Shown here in pieces: positions 11,577 through 21,359 of a stretch of 64,000 nucleotides of DNA; the first letter of the stretch is position 1; each line of letters starts with the position of its first letter. Source of the DNA: a virus (Duplodnaviria; Heunggongvirae; Uroviricota; Caudoviricetes); IMG/VR virus record IMGVR_UViG_2850796239_000011, positions 1-64,000 of that record; one strand, given 5' to 3'. The position numbers were made by a program, and so were the translations under genes. A model generated the notes under the pieces. That model worked only from the letters and a program-made list of their open reading frames with translations. It was not told the DNA's origin and did no database searches.

Positions 11577-14500
11577 TACCGGTATGCTCCACTTAACCGG
11601 CCACCATCACGGGCCTGCTGTTGCATAAAGTCCGCGGCCGCTTTTTTCCCGAGGTCATAAACCACCTTCAGTGCTGCCGGACCTATCTGCCCGTTCGTGC
11701 CGTCGTTATTGATCCCGATGTTGTACTGCGGGGCAAACATCACCATGCCTGAACCACCAGTATCCGCCACAACCCCCAGCTTACCATCAGCACCGCGACG
11801 CAGTGGCAGAATGGCTTCAGGTCCCGCTTCCCCCATCACACCCGCGCCTTTTGCAAAAGCAAAAAACGTCGGACGGTTAACCACCGTGCCACTGTAGCGA
11901 CTCAAATCAGCAGACTGGTAAACACCGCCATCAGCATTAGTCGTGAAGCCGAATAAAGAACCGACGCCCTTTACCGCCTGCATCATGGCCATCTGTGCCA
12001 TAATTCTGGCCATATCTGACAACAGGGAAGAGGTGAAGGATTTAAAATTCAGCTTACCGGTGGTACAGAATGTCACCAGTGCATTACCGGCACTGCTGAA
12101 TGCCACTGTAAACATCTGTTCTGCCGTTCCCGCCGCATTATCCGCATCCGCCGTAAAATTCTGAAACGCCCGCATGGCACCGTTTTTCCAGTCGCCCTGC
12201 GCCACTTCCAGTTCCTGCCAGTAGCGTTTGTTTTCATTCAGTTGTCGCTTCAGGCTCCCCTTCAGCACCTCCTCAGCCCTCCGGTAGTCCTCCGTCCCGT
12301 AAGTGCCTTTCTGGCGACTGTCATTCTCAAGCTGTTGCAACTGTTGCCGGTATTCCTGCCGGATGCGCAACTGTGCCTGGTAGCGCTGCCGCTGCTTATC
12401 CCCCATACCTGCAGTGGCAATATCCAGATTGTGCTGCTCACGCAGTGCACGTTCTTTGTCTGCCAGCTGGCTGGTCAGCTGAACCGTTTTTTTTCTCAGG
12501 TCGTTAAGCGCTGTCTGTTTCTGCAGCTCCTGCTGTTTCACATCCAGCAGCGTCAGCGCCTGAATCAGCTCATTCTTACGGGCCAGCACACTCTTTTCAT
12601 CTGCCGTCAGCTTTTTCCCGTCCAGGTCGCTGATGCGCTGCTGCAGGGCCAGAAGCTGTTTATGCGCTTCAGTCATCCTTTCAGTGGCAATGCCTGCTGA
12701 CTGTCTGGCAGCAGCAATCTGCCCTTCCACCTGTGCCTGCTGCTGACTGTACTGCAGCAATAACCGGGTGGCCTCATCATTACGGGTTGCCCGTGTATTT
12801 TTCTTAATGGCTTTTTCGTAACGTTCATTTTCACGCTGTATCGCCGCATCCCTGACAGCCTGGTCGGCGTACTGCATGGCATTAATACGCGCAATTTCCC
12901 GCTGATGTCGTGCAGCTTCCGTTTCATTCATCCGGTTCAGCGCGGCATTTTCAGCATTCCGGCGTTTCTGTTGCTCCTGGTAATTCCGTTCTGCCTGCGC
13001 TTTTGCATCCTGCAAATCCTTCCGGCGTTTTTTCTCCTGAAGATCGTTAAGACGCTGCTGATCGTACTCCACCTGTGTGGAGGCGTTTGTCCACGGATAT
13101 TTTTTCGCGCGCTGAATTTTTTCCTGTAACGCATCAATCTGCGCATCCAGCGAGTCTTCACGACCAATATTCATGGCCGCATCCCAGAACTGCTTCCACC
13201 AGTCAGACAAGGTTTGCAGCGTACTACCCAGCGCATTGAGATTATTATCAATATCAGATGTGCGTTTACCGGTTTCCTCTGCCAGCGCAGACATGGCGAT
13301 CCGGGCCGCATCACTGGACCGCCCCTGCTCCCCAAGGACGCGTATCTGCTCAAGCTGAGTGGCAGTCAAAAAATGCAGCGCATTGTCCAGCGCCTTCGCG
13401 GCATTTACAGGATCATCCTTCAGCCGCTTAAACTGATTTATGGTATCGCTGACCGACTGGCCAACCGATCGCTCCATCTGTGCGGCAGCTTTCGCCACCA
13501 TACCAATATCGTTTCCATGAAATGCCCCACTGCCCACCACCTGTGCCAGCGCACCGGCTGCCGCATGTTGCGTGATACCATTCCCGGATATGGCCCGGCT
13601 GAGTTTCCACAACTGCCCGACAGTGACACCGGCATAATGTCCCGTCAGCGCCAGCTGACGGTTAAATTCCTCGCCCTCCTTCCGGCCGTCATGCCAGGCT
13701 TTACCCAGACCCAGGACCGCCGCGACAAGTCCGCCAATAACGCCGCCAGTCATCATGCCTTTCGGCGACATCAGTGCGCCTGTCCATCCGGCACGATTAG
13801 CCAGCGTTATCCCGGATCCCCTCAGCGCACCAAAATTGCCGCGCGCCATCTGACTGATTAACACCCCCAGCTCCCGCCGGGCTGCCGCACTTTTCAGCCC
13901 CAGCGAATGTGTGGCTTTTCCTGCCCGCTCCATTTTGCGGATATACACTTCTGCAGCACTGCTTACCCCCAGCTGAGCCGCCCTGGCGCGAAGCAACTCA
14001 GAAGACGACAGATTCTGGCGGGTTGCCTGCTCTTTAAGCTGGCGGATAAACGCCGCTTTCTGCCGGGTGGCCTGTTCCTCTGCCTGCGTCAGGGCACGGG
14101 TTTTCGCCGTGATCTCCGAAATCAGCGCCAGATAATCCTGCTGACCAACCCCGCCACTGTTTCTGGCCTGTCGGATCTGCTGCTGAATACGCTGTAATTC
14201 CTGAAGCCCCGCACCGGCCTGTTTCACACTGTCAATCTGGCGATAAAAGGCGGCAGCCGCTTTATCCTGCGCCTCCGTCAGTGCCCTGGCCTGCGCCTGT
14301 TCCTCGCGCATTTTCTGATTCAGGGCATCCACGCGCAGACGGGTTTGTTCCACCTCACGGGCCATGCGTTCATGAGCCCGTGCGTTCTTTTCCACCGTCT
14401 GCGCATGGGCTGATGCTGCTGTTGCAGCCGAAGAAGCCGCCTGCATTGTCTGCCGAGCCGCCTGAGTCTGACGCTCCATAAAACGCTGCATACGGGCAGA

Positions 14501-14647
14501 AGACCGTTCTGCATCGCTGGCTGCACCATTCAGAAGGTTTTTGATACGGGGAATTTCATTTTTAAACTCTGCCGCATCAATCCCCAAATCAATGACCAGG
14601 TTGGCTATCTGGTCCATAACGCACACCTCCGGAAATACCTTCCCCAA
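11576..14647 (-). CDS. H: Tail tape measure protein (H-like)
   Basis: 1023 aa, coiled-coil/Gln-Ala rich with Gly-rich membrane-like segment; start may be the internal Met at 14617. Confidence 0.9.
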   Translation of the reverse strand: MGKVFPEVCVMDQIANLVIDLGIDAAEFKNEIPRIKNLLNGAASDAERSSARMQRFMERQTQAARQTMQAASSAATAASAHAQTVEKNARAHERMAREVEQTRLRVDALNQKMREEQAQARALTEAQDKAAAAFYRQIDSVKQAGAGLQELQRIQQQIRQARNSGGVGQQDYLALISEITAKTRALTQAEEQATRQKAAFIRQLKEQATRQNLSSSELLRARAAQLGVSSAAEVYIRKMERAGKATHSLGLKSAAARRELGVLISQMARGNFGALRGSGITLANRAGWTGALMSPKGMMTGGVIGGLVAAVLGLGKAWHDGRKEGEEFNRQLALTGHYAGVTVGQLWKLSRAISGNGITQHAAAGALAQVVGSGAFHGNDIGMVAKAAAQMERSVGQSVSDTINQFKRLKDDPVNAAKALDNALHFLTATQLEQIRVLGEQGRSSDAARIAMSALAEETGKRTSDIDNNLNALGSTLQTLSDWWKQFWDAAMNIGREDSLDAQIDALQEKIQRAKKYPWTNASTQVEYDQQRLNDLQEKKRRKDLQDAKAQAERNYQEQQKRRNAENAALNRMNETEAARHQREIARINAMQYADQAVRDAAIQRENERYEKAIKKNTRATRNDEATRLLLQYSQQQAQVEGQIAAARQSAGIATERMTEAHKQLLALQQRISDLDGKKLTADEKSVLARKNELIQALTLLDVKQQELQKQTALNDLRKKTVQLTSQLADKERALREQHNLDIATAGMGDKQRQRYQAQLRIRQEYRQQLQQLENDSRQKGTYGTEDYRRAEEVLKGSLKRQLNENKRYWQELEVAQGDWKNGAMRAFQNFTADADNAAGTAEQMFTVAFSSAGNALVTFCTTGKLNFKSFTSSLLSDMARIMAQMAMMQAVKGVGSLFGFTTNADGGVYQSADLSRYSGTVVNRPTFFAFAKGAGVMGEAGPEAILPLRRGADGKLGVVADTGGSGMVMFAPQYNIGINNDGTNGQIGPAALKVVYDLGKKAAADFMQQQARDGGRLSGAYR

Positions 14648-14926
14648 GATGCATCAGTTCTTCGTCCGTTCGCTCCGGTATCCCGTTCTCTTCCGGTAAA
14701 AGGCTGAAATCAGCCACCGCAGCATCACTGCTGCCGGACACCATTCTCACGATCAATGCCTTCAGCGAGGCAAACTGCGCATCCATCCACACATCACTGA
14801 AGCTCTGCATCCGGAAATAATCGCCCCACTCACCAAGCTCAGTGGCCGACATTTCCGACAGCATCCGCCGCCAGTCTGCCCGCCGGAACTCCCGGGCAAG
14901 CCGCATGACAAACTGCATTTCCCGCG
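14589..14926 (-). CDS. T: T segment of tail assembly chaperone G-T (expressed by -1 frameshift from G)
   Basis: Open -1 frame overlapping the G 3' end; slippery 'GGAAAAG' at 14933-14939 just before the G stop. Confidence 0.6.
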
Positions 14927-15331
14927 TCAGGACTTTTCCGGCGTCAGCGCCTCATGATCATCATCCCCGGCATTCTCAATGGTCCCCATACCGCTCAGCG
15001 ACAGAACCCTCTCCGCCCCCGCGCCCAGCGCATCATACGACCATGTTGTCATAATGGATGCGCAAAGCGTCTCAACATCCTGAGACTGCTCAGCATTCCA
15101 CAGTGAGCGGGAAACCAGCCAGGCATTGATATCCATTCCCATACGCAGAAAAGCAATCTGTCGTTCAGCCTCCGGCAGTTCTCCCTCCTGTGCATCAAAC
15201 TTTGCCGTTCGCTGCTGAACAAACGTCAGATATTCAATTCTCTGCAGCCCGGACAGCTCACTGAGCACCACGGACTGTTTTTCATAATTAAACGTATCCT
15301 GTTTCAGAAACATCATGTTCTCCGGATGCAA
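14927..15331 (-). CDS. G: Tail assembly chaperone G
   Basis: 134 aa lambda G-like ('MFLKQDTF...LSELSGLQRIEYL'), between V and H. Confidence 0.8.
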   Translation of the reverse strand: MHPENMMFLKQDTFNYEKQSVVLSELSGLQRIEYLTFVQQRTAKFDAQEGELPEAERQIAFLRMGMDINAWLVSRSLWNAEQSQDVETLCASIMTTWSYDALGAGAERVLSLSGMGTIENAGDDDHEALTPEKS

Positions 15332-15371
15332 AAAGCCCCGGATAACCGGGGCAATGATGAGTATCGTCCTG

Positions 15372-16100
15372 TTATGGTGCGCTGACGGTCACCGCAGCCA
15401 CTGCCACAAACTCTCCGTCAGAGGTCATGCCCACGATGCTGACACTGCCCTGCTTCACGCCTTTCACCGTGGCCACAAGCCCGCTCAGGGTCACCGAAGC
15501 AGTCTGAGGATCTGACGAATGCACACTGATCTCTTTGTCACTGGCCCCGTCAGGTTTTACTGTAAAGGTCAGTGTGGTGGTTGCTCCCGCTTTGACACTG
15601 ACAGATGCCGGTGCCACCGTCAGTCCGGTAACACCCACGGTTTCAGCGCCCTCCTCTGCCAGATACGGACGCCCCACACCGCTGATTTTTACAGTACGGG
15701 TCATCACCTCTTTTGAGGTAATGGTTTTACCCAGTGAACTCAGCCAGCCACGGAAAACATCAACCGTACCGTTGGGGTATTTGATACGAAACGCGCAGAC
15801 TTCACCGGAATCGAACAACTGAACCAGTTTTTTCTGCCCGCTGTCCCCCGGACGCCAGGCCAGCGTCGCCGAAGTATCACCGACGGATTTCTGCCCCTGG
15901 GTTGTCGTTTTCCAGTCTGCATCTTCATCATCGAGATAAGTGTCATCTTCTGCATCAGCGGTCATCTCGCCAGGTTGCAGATCCTTCACCATCGCAAGAC
16001 GCAGCCAGTCAGGGTTCGCAAATGCGTCGCCGTTGCCGGTATACATCCATAACGTCGTTCCCGCACCTTTCGTTTTTGCCAGTGGATTTGGTGTGGTCAT
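15372..16100 (-). CDS. V: Major tail protein V with C-terminal Ig-like domain
   Basis: Lambda V-like ('GAGTTLWMYTGNGD...DEDADW...FRGW'); start trimmed to 'MTTPNPLAK'. Confidence 0.9.
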   Translation of the reverse strand: MTTPNPLAKTKGAGTTLWMYTGNGDAFANPDWLRLAMVKDLQPGEMTADAEDDTYLDDEDADWKTTTQGQKSVGDTSATLAWRPGDSGQKKLVQLFDSGEVCAFRIKYPNGTVDVFRGWLSSLGKTITSKEVMTRTVKISGVGRPYLAEEGAETVGVTGLTVAPASVSVKAGATTTLTFTVKPDGASDKEISVHSSDPQTASVTLSGLVATVKGVKQGSVSIVGMTSDGEFVAVAAVTVSAP

Positions 16101-16110
16101 TACCACCTCC

Positions 16111-16524
16111 TTAATTCGTGTACGTGATCTGGTACGTGATTTCCGCCATCGCCCAGGTGGCCATCTCATTATCACGTTGATAGTTAAAACCAAGTGGGAT
16201 CAGGGTGTCGATGAGTCCGAAAAGTGCCGGTACATCATTCAGGGCCGGGAAAATGGTGCTCTCCATCCACATATCCAGCTCTGAATCCGGTGCCTGTGCC
16301 CGGATGAAGACGGCAATATGCAGAACAGCCTGCCAGTCATCTTCATCCGTCATTTTTCCGGTGTACTGAGCATCACTCAGCCACACCGCCACGGCAGGCA
16401 GTTCCTGCGCATCAATAAATGCCGGAAGCCCGTCAAAAAACGTGGCGCTGTCTCCACACTGTTCCCGAAGGCGTGCCAGTACGACCTGGCGGATCTGTGT
16501 ATGTCGGTTCATCGGGTCAGCCAT
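16111..16524 (-). CDS. U: Tail terminator / minor tail protein U
   Basis: Lambda U-like ('ATFFDG...PAVAVWL...DSELDMWMES'). Confidence 0.85.
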   Translation of the reverse strand: MADPMNRHTQIRQVVLARLREQCGDSATFFDGLPAFIDAQELPAVAVWLSDAQYTGKMTDEDDWQAVLHIAVFIRAQAPDSELDMWMESTIFPALNDVPALFGLIDTLIPLGFNYQRDNEMATWAMAEITYQITYTN

Positions 16525-17093
16525 AACCTCAGTTGTTGTTTCAGTGCATACCCCAGCTGTTTCGGCATTTCCGCAGCAATGATGCGGTCGCGGGCATCTT
16601 CAAATGCCTGTGTCAGCGGTCCGGACATCGGGATTTTCACCACATCAATGGGGTAACGATTTTTGCCGTCAATACGCCGCATCACATGCCAGCGACCATT
16701 CGCCAGTTGCTGAATAAACGCATCCCGGAAAAGGTATTTCCCCACTTTCAGTACGCTGCCACGATGACGTGAGTTGCTGCCATGCCGGGAGCGGGCCAGT
16801 CTGACCTGTGCGGTACCCAGCTTAATGGCGGGCAGGTTACCCCGGTTAACACGCATGCGGGCATACATTTTTCCTGAGGGGCTGGCTTTAAGCAGCCTGA
16901 CACGCTCCCTGACCGTTTTCAGGGGAATACCTTTCACCTGGTTATCCCCGGCAACGGTATTCTGCGCAACCTGCCGTGTGGCGACAGAAACAATCTTTGC
17001 CGCCACACGGTTTACCGCCCATGCGCTGGCCTGTGGCACCATGCGGGTATCGAGGCTGTTCAGATTGCGGATGGCATTCTCAAGCCCCTTCAT
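16509..17093 (-). CDS. Z: Tail completion protein Z
   Basis: 194 aa lambda Z-like; position between the head-tail joining genes and U. Confidence 0.8.
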   Translation of the reverse strand: MKGLENAIRNLNSLDTRMVPQASAWAVNRVAAKIVSVATRQVAQNTVAGDNQVKGIPLKTVRERVRLLKASPSGKMYARMRVNRGNLPAIKLGTAQVRLARSRHGSNSRHRGSVLKVGKYLFRDAFIQQLANGRWHVMRRIDGKNRYPIDVVKIPMSGPLTQAFEDARDRIIAAEMPKQLGYALKQQLRLWLTR

Positions 17094-17104
17094 CCCACAC
17101 CTCT

Positions 17105-17380
17105 TTACTCAATAAAGATCATTGGCTTACCGTTAAAGCGTTCATGCCGTGTGACCGTCCATTGTTGTCCGTCATAAACAACGCGATCCCCGCGCCGTGG
17201 GCGGTATCCCGAAGAAAACACCACCAGAGAGACCGCAGGTCCGGACAGAGCATTCAGCTCTGCCAGTGTTTCTCCCGGGATCACAGTCATATAGACATCA
17301 TTAATCGAGGCTGTCTTTCCCATCTTTCTGACCGTGATCGCATCCATACGCGCTGCCAGCCGGGAAAAGGGATCAGACAT
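17105..17380 (-). CDS. Head-tail joining protein (FII-like, putative)
   Basis: 91-aa ORF between capsid module and Z; assignment by position. Confidence 0.45.
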   Translation of the reverse strand: MSDPFSRLAARMDAITVRKMGKTASINDVYMTVIPGETLAELNALSGPAVSLVVFSSGYRPRRGDRVVYDGQQWTVTRHERFNGKPMIFIE

Positions 17381-17696
17381 TGAGTTTTACCGGTACTTCT
17401 TCTGCACTGGTTCCGGCATCTGCCCAGACAACCCCGACCAGCGGATCAGAGCCGCTGTTAGTCAGCTGAACTTTTCCGGACTTCAGATAAACCTTCTTAC
17501 CCGTTTTCATGTCATCCGTTTTCAGCTTAGGCAGCATAAACACACCTTCGGTCATGCCGTCGCCTGTTTCACCCTGTGGAATATCGGTCAGCGCCACCGC
17601 AAAAACATCACCCACCTGCACCAGATCTCCGCTGCTGATGGCTGCACTGGCAACAATCGCCACCGTTTTTCCTTCTTCTACAAAATTCTTTGCCAT
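17373..17696 (-). CDS. Head-tail connector / DUF2190-like structural protein (putative)
   Basis: ORF trimmed to 'MAKNFVEEGK'; directly downstream of the capsid gene. Confidence 0.4.
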   Translation of the reverse strand: MAKNFVEEGKTVAIVASAAISSGDLVQVGDVFAVALTDIPQGETGDGMTEGVFMLPKLKTDDMKTGKKVYLKSGKVQLTNSGSDPLVGVVWADAGTSAEEVPVKLNV

Positions 17697-17782
17697 AACT
17701 GTCTCCGCACAGCCCCGTTCAGGGGCTGATTTCAGGTACAAAAAAAGCCCTTACGGGCCATCAGAGTTGTTATCTGCGACGT

Positions 17783-19773
17783 TTACGCCGTACATTTCAC
17801 CAGACCGCGGTGATCAACTGGCGCGACACCAGCGTCAATACGCACTTTCGTTGTCACGCCATCCACACTGAAGCCCTCCATCTGATCAATATATGGCGTA
17901 TCCACACCGTTGAGATAAGCCACTTCAATCGTATCGGAGCCTTTGGACGCAGCCAGGTAGAAGGTGGTCTGGCTGTTATCATCAAGACGAGGCTCTGCAA
18001 TAACGGTCGCAAAATCTTTCACCGGGTTAATAATACCGGCGTTAATGTCAGCCCCCTTGACACTTGAGGAGCGAATGACCTGGTTAGCAACAGACTCCAT
18101 CGCCGTCGGTACCAGTACGAACGCAGGACGAATATTCAGATGACGCTCACCCTCTTTCTGAACACGCATCAACTGGCGGGCTTTATCCAGCGATGCCACG
18201 TCCATTGCAGCGCTCTCCAGTACGTTTGCATGTTTCGCTTTATCGAACAGACTTACATTATCTGTGGAGATTTTCGGGTTAGACGTCAGAATGGCATAAA
18301 CCAGATCGGCAATAGTGGATTTTGCCGCACGGCCCAGTTTCATCGGGACATCGGTCAGCATATTCAGATCATCGTTGATAATGGCCTGACGGGTGATACT
18401 GAACAGTTCACCATAGGTCGCCAGTGCAATCGTGGCCTGTTTATCTCCGGTAGTAACGTATTTATATTCCGCTCCTTCACGCACCTGACGCAGAGCACTG
18501 AAGCCCCCATACCCACACGATGGGCAATTTTAAAATCAGACAGCTGACCTTTCCGCGTCCACTGTTCATAGGTTTCAGGGGCATCTTCCCAGCCCTGCAG
18601 AATGGCTTTGTTCGCAACATCCAGCAGAATATTACCGAAGTCAGACGTACTGTGTGTGAACGCTGCCCCGACCATCTGCATCGGGTTATAACCGGAAACC
18701 CCAATACCCCGTTCAGTCAGTGACATACGGGCATATTCACGCAGGGTCATCCCGTTGTAGACATTATCACGTTCAGTTTTTTCAAACCCGGCACGCGCCA
18801 TCAGCGCCTGGCGGATCCCGTCCCCCACAAAATTACCGTTTCCGACATAAATATGGGCCGGGGTATTTTTATTTGATGGTGAAAATTCCTTACCCATTTC
18901 GTTAAGTAATTTCTCACGGGCCTGCTCAAGCGAGCACTCCGGATCGGAAAGACAACTGGCCTGCAATGTCTGATAACGCCCGCCAAACATACCAAACAGT
19001 TCATTAATACCACTCACACGTGTTTTTTGCTCTGCCAGTACCTGCGCACGGATACTGCTTTCATCTGCGGAAGGTGCATTTGTGGTGGTCGCGGTTGTGG
19101 CAACCTGAGCCGTAGTCTGCTCCTGTGTCTGAGATGCAGTATTTTTGTTTTCAGGTTCACGCGTTGCACTGTTGCGTGGCGGAGTAATCATGTTTCGAAT
19201 GGATTCCGGCATCTTTTTAAATTCCTCTGTACGTTTTGACTGAATACATGCCATTGCCTTAACGGCTGGCGTCACCTGATCAGCAAATCCATGTGCCAGA
19301 CATTCGGCACCGGACATCCAGGTCTCATCCGCCAGCATGGCAGCAACTTCATCGGTGGTTTTCCCGGTTTTCTGTGCATAAGCGGGTAACAGAACCGCCT
19401 CAACTTTATCGAGCAGGTCGGCATAGGTGCGCATGTCCTCCGCATCACCGCCCGTAAAGCCAAATGGTTTATGAATCATCATGAAGGTGTTTTCCGGCAT
19501 AATGACCGGGGTTCCCACCATCGCAATGACCGACGCCATTGATGCCGCCACACCGTCGACATAAACGGTAATGGACGCACCATGTGTTTTCAGTGCATTA
19601 AAAATGGCGATGCCTTCAAAGACATCGCCACCCGGTGAATTGATATGGAGATTAATGTGGGTGATATCGCCCAGTGCATTCAGATCACTGATAAACTGCT
19701 TCGCCGTAACACCCCAGAAACCAATCTCGTCATAAATATAAATATCCGCGTCACTCTGGTGACCTGCCTGCAT
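17783..19773 (-). pseudogene. ClpP-like prohead protease fused to major capsid protein; reading frame broken by 1-nt deletion in a homopolymer
   Basis: 504-aa ORF (ClpP-like N-terminus 'ADIYIYDEIGFWG...INSPGGDVFEG', Thr/Gln-rich linker, capsid N-terminus) continues in the -1 frame as a 233-aa capsid C-terminus; frames join cleanly if the C5 run at 18504-18508 were C6. Confidence 0.7.
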
Positions 19774-19786
19774 CCTGAACCAGGAA

Positions 19787-21123
19787 TTATTCTTCGGACT
19801 GGCCGTCGGTGTGCTGCGGCTCCTGTCGTTTCGTTGCGACACTGCTGCCTCCTTTATCACTGGCCGGATCGGTATCAAATATCAGACCCAGCTTGCGGTT
19901 TTCATCAATTTCAGCCTTGCGCCGACGTTTGACATCATCCGGATTACGCCCACCTGCTCGCACCCAGTCTGATTCTGTCGCCGCTCCACCGCGAATCTGG
20001 ATTTTCCAGGCCTCAGCCTCCTTAACCGGATCAATCCACGGCATGACCGGACCGGAATATGTTGCGTTACACAACGGGTACCGTTGTAATTGCGCGCCGC
20101 ACTGGAAAAACTCATACGACTGCCTGCGGCCACCGCACGCAGCTGCCCGTTACGAAAAGTTTCAAGGTTAGGATTGGGCCGATCAGATTTGACCATGCCA
20201 ATATCTTCCCCCTTGCGCAAATCGTCATAAATAATGCCAGGGGTGATATGCAGTTCCCGGTCATTATCTTTATTTATCGTGGCGTCTTCATAATCCTGCC
20301 CATCTCCTTTACGGATATACAGCCCCAGAGCCGCAGCCGCTGTCAGCTCAGCATCTTCATATTCCTTAAGCGCACTGATCCGCATCAGCACACCTGACAA
20401 CATGGATGTACCACGCGTCTGATGCAGACGACGGGTAAATTTCAGATGCACCATATTTTCGGCAACGATCTCTTTGGTATCACTCAGCCGCCCGGTAGTC
20501 GGATGATTTTTATAAACCAGGTATTTTTTCGGTCTGCCCCAGTCATCCAGAAAAACACCCTGATTCAACCCCACAGATTCATCACTGAGCATGGGCACAA
20601 AATCCGGCTCCATTGCCTCGATCCAGAAAGGCACGCCAGCAGTCCGCACCAGCCCGCCGCCGGCACCACGAACCAGCTGGGCAAACACTTCACCATCACG
20701 TAACCAGGTACGCAGCAGCAGACGCTCGAGCATGGGGCGCGTATACTGCCCGGTCACATCCGGACTGACAGACCATTCCACCCACAAGCGACGGATAATC
20801 ATTGCCAGCTCTGTGGCTATATCACCGTTCTTCAGTAATGGCTGGGGTTCGGCAACGATCCCTTTTGCACCAATCACCCGTTCCTCAAGTTTGTCGAAAA
20901 CACCGATTACCAGATCATGATTGATGTCCAGAAAACGAGCCTGCTCCCGCAGGGAAACTGCACCGTACTTACTGAGCTGGTCGGCAGAACGATTTTCCCG
21001 CCGGGCTTTATGTGTACGAGTAGGCTTCACTGCCTCATAGGCACGAATTAATGCCCTTGAGCGCAATCTCGCAGCTTTCCAGCCAGGTGAAAAAACACCA
21101 ATCACATCATCAAGAATTGCCAT
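19787..21123 (-). pseudogene. Portal protein, apparently frameshifted near 20050-20080
   Basis: 413-aa ORF has an Arg/Cys-rich junk-like tail; a protein-like acidic C-terminus ('PWIDPVKEAEAWKIQIRGG...') continues in the -1 frame (95-aa ORF). Confidence 0.65.
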
Positions 21124-21359
21124 CAGAACCTCGCCAGTTTATAGCCCGGCGTCCCCCGTCGCCGCGCAGCCAGAGTCGCAAGGCGACGTTCCCACTCCTG
21201 CCGCCCCTGTCGGATCTCGGATAAGTTTTCCATGGTCATCTGCTGACCATTAAAAGTAATGGACTTTCCGTCCAGCACTGCCATTTCCGCATTGATATAA
21301 CGATGGATCATGGCTTCAATATCATTCTGGTTCACAACCATCCTCCGGAAGTCACCCAT
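21123..21359 (-). CDS. gpW-like head-tail joining protein
   Basis: 78 aa between terminase large subunit and portal; C-terminus 'RRRGTPGYKLARF' resembles lambda W. Confidence 0.55.
   Translation of the reverse strand: MGDFRRMVVNQNDIEAMIHRYINAEMAVLDGKSITFNGQQMTMENLSEIRQGRQEWERRLATLAARRRGTPGYKLARF

Noticed and set aside
12242-13861. Several plus-strand ORFs (152 aa, 215 aa and others)
   Set aside because: All lie within and antisense to the tape measure gene; low-complexity
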